Of a stretch of DNA of 64,000 bases, positions 40,801 to 49,841 are shown one piece after another. The position numbers were made by a program, and so were the translations under genes. Source of the stretch: a virus. A model generated the notes under the pieces. The model saw only the letters and a list, made by a program, of their open reading frames with translations. It was not told the DNA's origin and made no database searches. Where the stretch lies: IMG/VR virus record IMGVR_UViG_3300035666_000002; one strand, given 5' to 3'. Every line of letters begins with the position of its first letter. The first letter of the stretch is position 1.

Positions 40801-41492
40801 GGAAATTTACCACCATACTTTAAAATATTTTCGTTGTTACCAATTTCGAAGAAGTCTTTTGAGACAGAGTTAGCATTACCATCCAATCTATAACAAACTG
40901 TGTGATTGTTTGTACAATCAAACTTGGGAAAGTATTTTGCTAGATTGAAAAAGAATTTTCTATCTGCACCCCACTGCCCATACCAAGCATGACCAATATT
41001 CACAGCAACATCTCTTTTTACTGCATAGCAAGAGGTATCGATATGGTTAACTTTTTCATCAAAATAGACAGGCCATTTTCCTAATGATTCACAATTATCT
41101 TCACAGAGATAATTTCCTTCTTTATCATAAATTTTTCTGAGACTGTATGCCCATTGAAGATCATTTTTTTGAATCGCAGAAACAAGACTTTCTACATGAT
41201 CAGGTTCAATCCAATTATCTTCATCAAGATAGCAAATGATATCCGCATTTACCAGAAAAGATGATGCTGCATACACACGATGCCCATACCATCCTTTACC
41301 AATATTCTCTTGCAATCGAACAGTTTTTACTTTGGAGAATCCATCAAGTTGGTGCCAAATTTTTGAACCATATTCTTCACCATCGAGAAAAATATAGTGA
41401 GTTAAGTTTTCATAAGTCTGGCTATCGACAGAATTGAGGCAATCTGAAAGATAGGTTGTGCCTATCGTAGGAGTGACTACTGCTACCTTCAT
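40731..41492 (-). CDS. glycosyltransferase family 2
   Basis: VAVVTPT..SVDSQTY..YLDEDNW..HVESL. Confidence 0.85.
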   Translation of the reverse strand: MKVAVVTPTIGTTYLSDCLNSVDSQTYENLTHYIFLDGEEYGSKIWHQLDGFSKVKTVRLQENIGKGWYGHRVYAASSFLVNADIICYLDEDNWIEPDHVESLVSAIQKNDLQWAYSLRKIYDKEGNYLCEDNCESLGKWPVYFDEKVNHIDTSCYAVKRDVAVNIGHAWYGQWGADRKFFFNLAKYFPKFDCTNNHTVCYRLDGNANSVSKDFFEIGNNENILKYGGKFPWKKEQHSLPVGPGISVVFSAND

Positions 41493-41938
41493 TTTACACC
41501 AAGATCAATTTCAGGAAAGGCTTCTTTAATCAATTTAGGTGTCAAGAACGGAACTCGAAGGTCTTTTTTAACACAACGAATCATCAAATCTGCTTCATCT
41601 TTGTGAAGAGATTCGAGTAGAAAGGTGAAAAGACTTTTTTGTTTAGCAGCAGTCAAACCTTCTGGTCGTTTAGGATGACCTTTGATGAATCGATAGAGTT
41701 TTTGGACCTCATTATGAAGATATACATCATTTAGCCCAGCAGGCATCAAAGAAGGTTTGTAAACAGGAATTTCAACATCGAATTCGATTCGAGGATCGAA
41801 AGAGTAAGTTAGAAAGATCAAAAAATTTTGATCAGCATGTTTTCGCAGAACCTGAATTTTATCTGCTCTCTTTTCCGTCTTTTCAAACAGTTCAAGAATT
41901 TCATAGTACAATAAATTAGAACTCATCCAACACCTCAA
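41489..41938 (-). CDS. conserved T4-like hypothetical protein downstream of rnh
   Basis: LLESLHKDEA..KEAFP; start probably a few codons downstream. Confidence 0.75.
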   Translation of the reverse strand: MRCWMSSNLLYYEILELFEKTEKRADKIQVLRKHADQNFLIFLTYSFDPRIEFDVEIPVYKPSLMPAGLNDVYLHNEVQKLYRFIKGHPKRPEGLTAAKQKSLFTFLLESLHKDEADLMIRCVKKDLRVPFLTPKLIKEAFPEIDLGVK

Positions 41939-42752
41939 GTAAATTTTTCAGTCTATTCTGAATCATATAATTCATAAACTGTTGTCGCGAAGCGGGCTTC
42001 ACTTCACTATATGTATCTATGATATTCTTGCAAATGGATTGTGGAATCCTATTCAAATCGATAAGATGACTATTTCTGTCCCAATTTCTAGCAACCGATT
42101 CTGTGGTTGGTTGTGTAATATCCATCAACTGAAGAAGGATTTTTTTCGTGATGGGCTTTTGGCGCAAACCTTCAACCAAACAATTGTCTGGTGACAATAC
42201 ATTTGGAATTCCATCACCACTATCACCACGAATGATCAGTTCTCTCAACTGTTCTTTTGGATCTTCAGTCTTGATAAACTTCTTCAGAATAGGAGAATAT
42301 TGCTTAACATTAGGATAAGATTGCAATTGAACGAAATCTTTATCTGAAGACAGGATCAGAATAGGTTCTCGGCTCGAATATTCACGAACCAAAGCACCAA
42401 TTACATCATCTGCTTCAGCACCATCTACATCAATCACTTTGTATGGTGAATGATCTTTTAGTTCTTGGCGAATCTTAGCCATACATTCGAAAATTGTAAC
42501 CCAGTCATGCCCTGAAGCATCACGGTTTTTCTTTCGATTGGCTTTGTAAGCGGGAAAAATTTCGCGGCGCCAGTAACGTTTATTGTCACAAGCAATAACA
42601 ACTTCTCCATATTCTTTGAATTTCTTCACGTTTGATCGAATGGTATTAAGAACCATGTGTCGAACCAAACCTTCATCAACCGCAGACTTGGAGTATCCGA
42701 TTTGTTCCATCAGATTAGACAGAACGACTTGATTGTAGTCAAATATTAACAT
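41916..42752 (-). CDS. rnh: T4 RNase H (5'-3' exonuclease)
   Basis: IACD..YWRR..YKANRK, EADDVIG, SSDKDFVQLQ, GDSGDGIPNV. Confidence 0.95.
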   Translation of the reverse strand: MLIFDYNQVVLSNLMEQIGYSKSAVDEGLVRHMVLNTIRSNVKKFKEYGEVVIACDNKRYWRREIFPAYKANRKKNRDASGHDWVTIFECMAKIRQELKDHSPYKVIDVDGAEADDVIGALVREYSSREPILILSSDKDFVQLQSYPNVKQYSPILKKFIKTEDPKEQLRELIIRGDSGDGIPNVLSPDNCLVEGLRQKPITKKILLQLMDITQPTTESVARNWDRNSHLIDLNRIPQSICKNIIDTYSEVKPASRQQFMNYMIQNRLKNLLEVLDEF

Positions 42753-42790
42753 GATTTAATTTTATCATAGTAAATTATTTAGTGAGGCAA

Positions 42791-43828
42791 TTATACTACT
42801 TTTAGAAGAATTGTTTCCTTGTTGATTCGACCGGTCAGAGGTGTTTCTTTCGATTTGATTGTTGACAACAAATTTCGAAGAGCAACCTTACCACCTGTCG
42901 CAACAACACTCAAAACATCATTTGGTTTTTTGGCAGTCTTACAAACAGACTTCATTTCACTGAAGTTTAGAATTGTACTGCCTTTTACACCGAAACCACC
43001 AGCATCTTCAGAGTGATAAACACCAATCTTTTTATATTTAACATTGAAGACCCAGAGTTGAGTGGCACCAATAATTTTGGCTGGCTCAATAGACTTCAAT
43101 TTGTATTCTTTGCATTCTTTCAAGAAATTAAGCTTTGAAATTAATTGCTGAGGAGATTTGGCTTTACGCTTACGTGGTTTACGAGTAGCTTTAGCTTCAC
43201 CCGAAATTTTCATGGCATCAGTGATAATCATATCACAATAGGCCACAAGTTTCTTCAATTGTGTTTTTGTGAAGTTAGAATATGCTTCTTTGATATCGGG
43301 TTCTTTGGCTGTCAGAACATAATCGAACTCGGCCCGACGGCGCTTGAAAATTTCAACGATACGATTGGCGTGCATTCCTTTAGCGCGATCTTGCATGAGT
43401 GCAAAAGGAGACTTTTGATCTTTATAGTTGCTCAGAATAAAATCATCAATCGCACCTTCTAGTTCGCCAGCAATCTCACCAACTTTTTCAGCCATGCGAT
43501 CTTGAATCGAAGGACCTTTCGGAACATCCACGACCACTTTAGTCTTTTCGAGAATTTTGGGAATAGAATCTCGAATGAATTTTAGACTCGATTCGCCAAT
43601 ATCGTTTCCATTCAGTTCAAGCCTACACAACCAGCCTAGGGTCGGTGAAACTTTGGAAGAATCAACTTTCCCTTCAATCTTATTTTTCTTCATAAAATCG
43701 GCAACGAATTTAGGAGCCTCGCGGGACTCCTTATTTTCGTGATACCAATTTAATGATTTAATCAGTTCCAGATTAGACAAAGGTTTGTCGAATTTGGGTT
43801 CTTCAATCTTTGGAATACGCACCATCAC
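42791..43828 (-). CDS. conserved T4-like hypothetical protein
   Basis: LNWY, EAYS, IIGATQLWVFNVKYKK, GRIN motifs. Confidence 0.8.
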   Translation of the reverse strand: MMVRIPKIEEPKFDKPLSNLELIKSLNWYHENKESREAPKFVADFMKKNKIEGKVDSSKVSPTLGWLCRLELNGNDIGESSLKFIRDSIPKILEKTKVVVDVPKGPSIQDRMAEKVGEIAGELEGAIDDFILSNYKDQKSPFALMQDRAKGMHANRIVEIFKRRRAEFDYVLTAKEPDIKEAYSNFTKTQLKKLVAYCDMIITDAMKISGEAKATRKPRKRKAKSPQQLISKLNFLKECKEYKLKSIEPAKIIGATQLWVFNVKYKKIGVYHSEDAGGFGVKGSTILNFSEMKSVCKTAKKPNDVLSVVATGGKVALRNLLSTIKSKETPLTGRINKETILLKVV

Positions 43829-44096
43829 TAATTTCCTGAAATGTAAAATTACGATAATCTGTCAAAACGCGGATGCCATCACACAATTCACCATAACCTT
43901 TTGCTAACACTCTGGCATACTCCAAAGCTTCTTTCTCGGTCATGGGAACACAAGAACCAAAAGCATCGATAAAATTCTCACGATGAATATATTTTATCAT
44001 ACTTTCGGAGTATCCGTCAAATAAAGAATCGTAGTCGCGGAGTGGAGCCACTCGGCTGCCATCTCGCAAAACTACAATATAAACTCCACGCATCAC
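43803..44096 (-). CDS. hypothetical protein
   Basis: GAGG RBS; packed ORF. Confidence 0.6.
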   Translation of the reverse strand: MMRGVYIVVLRDGSRVAPLRDYDSLFDGYSESMIKYIHRENFIDAFGSCVPMTEKEALEYARVLAKGYGELCDGIRVLTDYRNFTFQEISDGAYSKD

Positions 44097-44102
44097 ATCA
44101 CC

Positions 44103-44504
44103 TCATGAAATCAATTCGTAAGGGCGATTCCAGCGACCGATGTTAACGTCGATATACCAACCAACATCGAAATAATCAGTTTGTGTATCGGAGCGATCAT
44201 GATTACCAGCATTCATTGCCTGAATAATTTCTTGAAGAAATTTCTTAGCGACACCACTGAAGTGCTCATGATACCAGTAAGGATTTACATCAATCGAACC
44301 GACAGCGGGAGTGAATCGATTACCAGCCAAACGATCAGCCGTTTCATTAAAGTTTTTGATGAAATCGATTTTACCAGATTTGATATTCAAAGTCAAGGTC
44401 GAATGATGTCGAACAGCAAGACTACCTTTCACACCATATTTCTGAAGAATTTTTTTGACAGCGGGAGCAATCGAAGCTTTGCGTTCTTGAGACATATAAG
44501 CCAT
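44103..44504 (-). CDS. conserved phage early protein
   Basis: MAYMSQERK..DRSDTQTDYFDVGWY..IGRWNRPY; AAGGA RBS. Confidence 0.75.
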   Translation of the reverse strand: MAYMSQERKASIAPAVKKILQKYGVKGSLAVRHHSTLTLNIKSGKIDFIKNFNETADRLAGNRFTPAVGSIDVNPYWYHEHFSGVAKKFLQEIIQAMNAGNHDRSDTQTDYFDVGWYIDVNIGRWNRPYELIS

Positions 44505-44540
44505 TTGAATTTCCTTGAAAATCATCAATCAACAATATGT

Positions 44541-44598
44541 ATTATACAGACACCGGTAAGATTGTCAAGCAGTTTTAAAGTGTTGTTTTTTTGCAACA
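44541..44598 (-). promoter_or_regulatory. sigma70-like promoter with palindrome
   Basis: TTGACA-16-TATAAT; palindrome 44581-44598. Confidence 0.85.
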
Positions 44599-44688
44599 AA
44601 ATTTAATGGACCCTTAAAGAGAGTATAAGATAAATAACTAGAAAAATCAACTTTTTTGTTTTTTTCGCAACATTATAGGAAGTTAAAA

Positions 44689-45237
44689 ATGTACAAAAAG
44701 TTAACCTTTTTGGTTCTTTTTGTTATTTCTTCGTTAAGTTTTGCCCAATCTGATGTGATTGTCACAGATTCAAAAAGCACTAGCACAGTAACCACAAATT
44801 CTAATAGCGTTAATGATACCACTGTAAGATCGCCTCCAGCTTCGGCTATCTCGCCCTCATTTAATGTTCTCAATAATGACCTATGTACGGTAGGTGTAGG
44901 AGGAGCAGTTCAAACACAAATTCTAGGTATCTCTGGTGGAACGATGGTTCGAGATTTAAATTGTGAGCGATTAAAACTCGCAAAAAATCTATATGATATG
45001 GGTATGAAAGTTGCTGCTGTAGCCACTCTCTGTCAAGATGATAGGGTATTTCAGGCTATGATGAATGCGGGGACTCCCTGCCCTGTCGATGGAAGAATAG
45101 GTGACGATGCTAAGAAAATATGGGATTCTTCTCCAGATCGTAAACCTAAACCTCTAAGCGAGAATTCAAATGCAAGTTTCTGGCAAAAAGTTTCTGCTGG
45201 GCTTGGCGTCTTGGCTATTCTTCTCATTCTCCTGTAA
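44689..45237 (+). CDS. exported Cys-containing protein with C-terminal membrane anchor
   Basis: Signal peptide MYKKLTFLVLFVISSLSFA; 4 Cys; AGGA RBS; GATAAATA late-promoter-like element upstream. Confidence 0.8.
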   Translation: MYKKLTFLVLFVISSLSFAQSDVIVTDSKSTSTVTTNSNSVNDTTVRSPPASAISPSFNVLNNDLCTVGVGGAVQTQILGISGGTMVRDLNCERLKLAKNLYDMGMKVAAVATLCQDDRVFQAMMNAGTPCPVDGRIGDDAKKIWDSSPDRKPKPLSENSNASFWQKVSAGLGVLAILLILL

Positions 45238-46630
45238 CGCTCAAGATATACAAACAACTCCTAACCTAATACAGAATGGTTGGGGGTATGCGGTTACTGG
45301 TAATTTTTATCCTGGAGGAACAACAGGAGGAAATCGCGCAGCTTACAATCCCGAAACACAAACAATTTTGTTTGGTTACACACAGCAAACAGTCAACCAG
45401 GAAATAAGATTACGCGAAGCACTACAAGGTACACATTTAAGACTTTATGGATACAACTATTCTTTTCAGTACATGAATAGTGAATTTTCTAGAGGGTGGT
45501 TATCCTTTTCTGTTGACCTAAAAGATCAATTTGAATTCAGCAAACAAAAAGATAATTATCCACTCAATCAAACAAATGGATGGGAAACCGTAAGTGGAAA
45601 AAGGAGTTATGGAAGCCCGTTCAATTTAGGTTTCGTTGATAGATTCGATGTTAGTTTTAGTGGCAAAGATGACAGATATTGGGCGGGTTATTATGGTCCA
45701 CAAGTTAGAAATGTTTCTTTAAGTGCAATGTATGTTGTTGATGAGTGTGCTGTAAATCCATTATACGCCACAACATGCCCAAACTATCAGCAAGCATATT
45801 TTCAATCTCAGTGTAGTATCAATTCTTTATACAGCCCAAATTGCCAAGGATATGCACAAGCATATCGCAACCAACAGTGTTCAATGAATCCATTATTTTC
45901 TCCTGAGTGCCCAGGATACGAATCTGCGTATTTGAATCAACAATGTTCTGTCAATCCCCTTTTTTCTCCAGCTTGCACTCTATATCAACAAGCCTTTTTC
46001 AACCAGCAGTGTTCATTAAATCCGCTTTACAATTCTGGTTGCCCAGGATATGCAGACGCTTTTAGAAAGAAGCAGCTAGCCGATACTTGTGCATTGAATC
46101 CACAAACGAATCCAACTTGTTCAGGTTACTCACCACAACAAACAACAACTACAACAATTCAATCAACACAACCTCTGAGTGTACCTTCAGTAGGCAACGA
46201 AGATGTAGCCAAGTTATTAACCACACCACAAGTAACGAGTGATCCTGTTGTAAACCAGGTTCTCAACTCTACGCAAACCAACCAGCAATTAGATCAACAA
46301 ACAAATCGTAATGCTTCACCACAATCCCCCCAGCCACAAACGCAACAAACGCAGCGACAACAAAGGCGCGCGGATGCTCAACAAAGAAGTCAACAAGCAT
46401 CCCAAAAAGACGCTCAAAAAGACCCGCAAGACGCTGTAATGGCTTCATTATCGACTGTTCCTGGTTTCAGTGCTTATGAACAGGCGAAATTGCCTGACAT
46501 TCCTTTTTACAAAGCAGAAGATATTTATCGCCGAGCAACTATTGCAGATAACGCAAGAGCATTACGACAACTCAATCAAAGATCAGATAGAATCCATAAG
46601 GAGATGGTAGATGAGCAGTACAGAAGATAA
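45170..46630 (+). CDS. exported protein with tandem QC-x2-NPL(Y/F)-x3-C-x-GY repeats and Gln-rich linker
   Basis: Signal peptide; about six 21-aa Cys repeats. Confidence 0.8.
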   Translation: MQVSGKKFLLGLASWLFFSFSCNAQDIQTTPNLIQNGWGYAVTGNFYPGGTTGGNRAAYNPETQTILFGYTQQTVNQEIRLREALQGTHLRLYGYNYSFQYMNSEFSRGWLSFSVDLKDQFEFSKQKDNYPLNQTNGWETVSGKRSYGSPFNLGFVDRFDVSFSGKDDRYWAGYYGPQVRNVSLSAMYVVDECAVNPLYATTCPNYQQAYFQSQCSINSLYSPNCQGYAQAYRNQQCSMNPLFSPECPGYESAYLNQQCSVNPLFSPACTLYQQAFFNQQCSLNPLYNSGCPGYADAFRKKQLADTCALNPQTNPTCSGYSPQQTTTTTIQSTQPLSVPSVGNEDVAKLLTTPQVTSDPVVNQVLNSTQTNQQLDQQTNRNASPQSPQPQTQQTQRQQRRADAQQRSQQASQKDAQKDPQDAVMASLSTVPGFSAYEQAKLPDIPFYKAEDIYRRATIADNARALRQLNQRSDRIHKEMVDEQYRR

Positions 46631-47243
46631 AAACGTCGATAAAAAAGTCGATGAACTTCAGGATGCAATGAAGAAGTATGCAAGTAAGGATACTGTTATC
46701 AGTATTGGTGGATACAGTTTCACTCCAGCAAAATTAATGATTGCATTTGGTATTGTTTCGACAGTGGTCGGTGGTATGTATGGAGTGTTCGAAGCATACA
46801 AAGATTATGAAAGTATGAAGAAGAAGATTGCCAATTACGTTGCACCCGATTTTAGTGAATATGAAGCAAGAATTATCAAACTAGAGGCTGATAACGAAAA
46901 GATGCTAGGGTATACTCGTGATGTGAACACAAACCTCAAAGGTGATATTCGTAGAACAGAACAAGTGTTAGAAGGTGTAGAACGTGGTTCAAAGGTTGCA
47001 CAACGCGAAGTCGAAAAAGACATCAACGATATACGCAGACAAATTGACGGAGAGATAAAGGAGATTCGTCGAAGCGCAGATTCTCAAGTAAGAGAAATGC
47101 AAAAACAAGTTGATTCAACAGTTCAAAATGTTAATGAAAGAGTTAATCGTATTGAGCGAGACACCAATGCAGAATTAAGAACGATACGCCGTGAAGTGGA
47201 TGATAAGATTAAGAAAGCACTCGATAATCCTTTGGCAAATTAA
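46611..47243 (+). CDS. single-TM coiled-coil protein
   Basis: TM LMIAFGIVSTVVGGMYGVF followed by long heptads ending KALDNPLAN. Confidence 0.8.
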   Translation: MSSTEDKNVDKKVDELQDAMKKYASKDTVISIGGYSFTPAKLMIAFGIVSTVVGGMYGVFEAYKDYESMKKKIANYVAPDFSEYEARIIKLEADNEKMLGYTRDVNTNLKGDIRRTEQVLEGVERGSKVAQREVEKDINDIRRQIDGEIKEIRRSADSQVREMQKQVDSTVQNVNERVNRIERDTNAELRTIRREVDDKIKKALDNPLAN

Positions 47244-47761
47244 TGGATCCAATTACACTACTTGCCACTGCAACCGCCGCATTTAATGGTATTAAAAAAG
47301 CAGTACAAGTTGGGAAAGAGATCGAAGGAGTTTTTAACCAACTTTCAAAGTGGGCGGATGCTGCTGGGCAATTACAAGAATTTATTAACAACAGTAAGTC
47401 TGATAATGGTGAACGAAAGATAGGAATATTCGAAAAGATTGGATTTAATAAGAGTGCGACGGCTGAGGCATTTGATATATTTACAGCAGAAATGCGTTTG
47501 CGTCAGATGGAAGAAGACATCAGATTGATGTTTATCTATGGTGAACTACAACATTATGGATTAGAAGGATACAGCCAGTTTATCCAAATGCGTAGAGAGG
47601 TGAGGGAAAAACGACAGAGAATGATTCGTGATCAAGCCATCCGAAGAAAAAGATTTGTTGAAAATGTTTTCTGGGGTATAATTCTTATGATTACATTAAC
47701 AGTTGCAATACGTTTTTGTGTATGGTTTTTTGATTTCGGAAGAGAAGCAGGTAAATGGTAA
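47243..47761 (+). CDS. membrane protein with C-terminal TM helix
   Basis: MDPITLLATATAAFNGIKKAV N-terminus; C-terminal hydrophobic segment. Confidence 0.8.
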   Translation: MDPITLLATATAAFNGIKKAVQVGKEIEGVFNQLSKWADAAGQLQEFINNSKSDNGERKIGIFEKIGFNKSATAEAFDIFTAEMRLRQMEEDIRLMFIYGELQHYGLEGYSQFIQMRREVREKRQRMIRDQAIRRKRFVENVFWGIILMITLTVAIRFCVWFFDFGREAGKW

Positions 47762-47786
47762 TAAATAAAATTAAAAGGAGATTTTA

Positions 47787-48041
47787 ATGACAAGTGTAAA
47801 CGATTTTGAATTTGATGCAGTTACAGCAACAGATGGATTTTTTAATGAGGCTGAAGTTGACGTAATGAATAGCATCGTTACTGAAGGTTCTGGTGTTTAT
47901 AAACTCACTCTAGTCAACGACCAATTTACCGTTGCAGTAAAGGTCGAAGAAGTCACCGAACCAGATGCTACATTAGTTGATGGAAGAATTCTGATTGAAA
48001 CAGAAACCGAAAAGTTTCTGTATGTAAAATTCTCGGTTTGA
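47787..48041 (+). CDS. small acidic hypothetical protein
   Basis: AAGGAG RBS; AATAAATA late-promoter-like element upstream. Confidence 0.7.
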   Translation: MTSVNDFEFDAVTATDGFFNEAEVDVMNSIVTEGSGVYKLTLVNDQFTVAVKVEEVTEPDATLVDGRILIETETEKFLYVKFSV

Positions 48042-48116
48042 TGGTCCGACCGGAGGGAATCGAACCCCCATTCGCAGTTTAGAAGACTGCTGTATTGTCC
48101 ATTATACGACGGTCAG
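48042..48116 (-). tRNA. tRNA-Arg(UCU)
   Basis: Cloverleaf; anticodon loop CTTCTAA; encoded CCA. Confidence 0.9.
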
Positions 48117-48121
48117 AATTT

Positions 48122-48209
48122 TGGTGCGGATGGCGGGATTCGAACCCGCAACGTTTCTTATGTGGCAGATTTTAAGTCTGCTGCGTTTCACCGATTTCGC
48201 CACATCCGC
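48122..48209 (-). tRNA. tRNA-Leu(UAA)
   Basis: Cloverleaf with long variable arm; loop CTTAAAA; CCA. Confidence 0.95.
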
Positions 48210-48218
48210 AATAAAAAC

Positions 48219-48247
48219 ATTATATAACACAGTAACAAAAAAGTCAG
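48219..48247 (-). promoter_or_regulatory. putative internal sigma70-like promoter for tRNA-Leu(UAA) and tRNA-Arg(UCU)
   Basis: CTGACT-17-TATAAT in the 45-nt spacer. Confidence 0.5.
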
Positions 48248-48254
48248 GTAAACT

Positions 48255-48330
48255 TGGTACCGCCTCCTGGGATCGAACCAGGTTCCACGGCTCTTCAGAC
48301 CGTTGCTATGACCACATCAGCTAAAGCGGC
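48255..48330 (-). tRNA. tRNA-Phe(GAA)
   Basis: Cloverleaf; loop CTGAAGA; CCA. Confidence 0.9.
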
Positions 48331-48334
48331 AAAT

Positions 48335-48408
48335 TGGTGCTTCGTGACAGAATCGAACTGCCGTAACCGTCTTGTAAGGGCGGAGTTTTACCATTAAACT
48401 AACGAAGC
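48335..48408 (-). tRNA. tRNA-Val(UAC)
   Basis: Loop CTTACAA; CCA. Confidence 0.9.
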
Positions 48409-48409
48409 T

Positions 48410-48484
48410 TGGGGTGCCTAATGAGTTTCGATCTCATTCTCACTCTTTCACAGAGAGTGGTGCTCCCATTACACTATAGACACC
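48410..48484 (-). tRNA. tRNA-His(GUG)
   Basis: Loop CTGTGAA; G-1/C73; atypical T-loop ATCGAAA. Confidence 0.88.
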
Positions 48485-48486
48485 AC

Positions 48487-48563
48487 TGGAGCGGATATCC
48501 AGATTCGAACTGGAACCTAAACCTTGGCAAGGTCTCATGCTAACCGTTAAACACCATATCCGC
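48487..48563 (-). tRNA. tRNA-Gly(GCC)
   Basis: Loop TTGCCAA; U73-CCA. Confidence 0.92.
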
Positions 48564-48568
48564 AAAAC

Positions 48569-48643
48569 TGGAGCGGGTAATCGGATTCGAACCGATTCGA
48601 GCAGCTTGGAAGGCTGTCATGCTACCGTTAACATCATACCCGC
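48569..48643 (-). tRNA. tRNA-Gly(UCC)
   Basis: Loop CTTCCAA; U73-CCA. Confidence 0.92.
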
Positions 48644-48652
48644 GGTACTACT

Positions 48653-49123
48653 TTATGCTGCCAGACTCTTCAACCTATCTGCTGCATAAGAAGCAGCAAA
48701 TGCATTTGGTTTTACAAGTGGCACAACATTACACATACCTTTTATATAGCCAATCGCTTCATTGATTACGATATTTGAATTATACTCTTCATTTGGATTA
48801 ATGTCAAGATGTACTTCGATTTCGTTGTCAATCATGGCTGCAAGTTCAAGATACATTTCAGCAACTTTGTAAACCTCATTCATTAGACGCATTCGAGGTT
48901 TATTTCTTGCTTGATCATAGTCGCGCTCGCGCGTGATCTGACCAAAAATTTTACAACCATGTTTACTATCCATATGTACAACAATGGCTATAATGTAGTC
49001 GGCATGCCAAACACCATTGAGTTTTACTTTCTCAGAATCGCAACCAAGATATACTTTTGTATTTGGTCCACAACTTTCAATAAATGTTTTTACTTCATTT
49101 AGATCAATTTTTTTGTTGTACAT
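48653..49123 (-). CDS. RNase H-like YkuK (DUF458) family protein
   Basis: VYLGCDS, RLMNEVYK, EVHLDIN, VKPNAFAASYAAD. Confidence 0.8.
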   Translation of the reverse strand: MYNKKIDLNEVKTFIESCGPNTKVYLGCDSEKVKLNGVWHADYIIAIVVHMDSKHGCKIFGQITRERDYDQARNKPRMRLMNEVYKVAEMYLELAAMIDNEIEVHLDINPNEEYNSNIVINEAIGYIKGMCNVVPLVKPNAFAASYAADRLKSLAA

Positions 49124-49141
49124 ATCACTCGCTCCTTACGT

Positions 49142-49215
49142 TGGCCTCCCAGTACGGATTCGAACCGCAATCAAAAGTTTTGGAGACTCTTATGTTGCCC
49201 TTACACCACTGGGAG
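49142..49215 (-). tRNA. tRNA-Trp(CCA)
   Basis: Loop CTCCAAA; G73-CCA. Confidence 0.9.
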
Positions 49216-49220
49216 AAAAC

Positions 49221-49295
49221 TGGTACCTCGTAATGGTAACGATCCATTCTCTGCGCCTTATCAAGACGCTGCTAATCCATCTCAGCTAACGAGGC
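49221..49295 (-). tRNA. tRNA-Ile(GAU)
   Basis: Loop TTGATAA; atypical T-loop ATCGTTA. Confidence 0.85.
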
Positions 49296-49299
49296 ATAC

Positions 49300-49375
49300 T
49301 GGCACGCCGCGAAGGACTCAAACCTTCAACTCAAACTTCGTAGGATTGTGTGATATTCAATTTCACCAACGGCGT
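49300..49375 (-). tRNA. tRNA-Arg(ACG)
   Basis: Loop CTACGAA; imperfect anticodon stem; 5' half overlapped by the HNH ORF. Confidence 0.8.
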
Positions 49376-49774
49376 AAATATTTTTCCTGCATGATACTTT
49401 CTGTGACAATTTGCACATAAACAAGCACATTTATTAATTTCTTCCATAATTTTATTTTTACTAGATTCAATTTTCGTTGATATATCAAAATCTTTTTCAT
49501 TACTGTCAATATGATGAAAATCTAAACAGGAAGAGTCTGACTCACCACATACACAACAACTCAATGTGCTTTTCAATTTAAAAAACCATTCTTTATTGTC
49601 CTTTTTATATTGTTTGATTCTACTTAAATTCGTTTCATGGTGTTTGTAGTAAGAAATTTTTTTTCTTTCTTTTCTACAATCGTTACACATAGAAGTTCTT
49701 TTTCCTAATGCTTTATTTTTGAAAGCAAAATTTTCTACAGGAAATTGTTTTTTACAGGAAGAACAAGTTTTCAT
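49331..49774 (-). CDS. HNH homing endonuclease with N-terminal zinc finger
   Basis: CSSC..CNDC; CCVCGE..LDFHHID..KCACLCANCHRKYH. Confidence 0.88.
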   Translation of the reverse strand: MKTCSSCKKQFPVENFAFKNKALGKRTSMCNDCRKERKKISYYKHHETNLSRIKQYKKDNKEWFFKLKSTLSCCVCGESDSSCLDFHHIDSNEKDFDISTKIESSKNKIMEEINKCACLCANCHRKYHAGKIFTPLVKLNITQSYEV

Positions 49775-49777
49775 ATA

Positions 49778-49822
49778 ACCTCCAAAGTATACGAACTATT
49801 TATAAAATTCGTATCTTTAGGT
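49778..49822 (-). promoter_or_regulatory. late promoter in the loop of an RBS-sequestering hairpin upstream of HNH
   Basis: TATAAATA (49804-49797) flanked by ACCTAAAGATACGAA / TTCGTATACTTTGGAGGT. Confidence 0.75.
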
Positions 49823-49841
49823 GGCATCAATTTATACGATT

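Noticed and set aside
29109-42790. Shared TTGCCTCAC upstream of the tmRNA (29133-29141) and rnh (42782-42790) as a MotA-like middle-promoter box
   Set aside because: Only two copies and inconsistent spacing to a -10 box; insufficient support.
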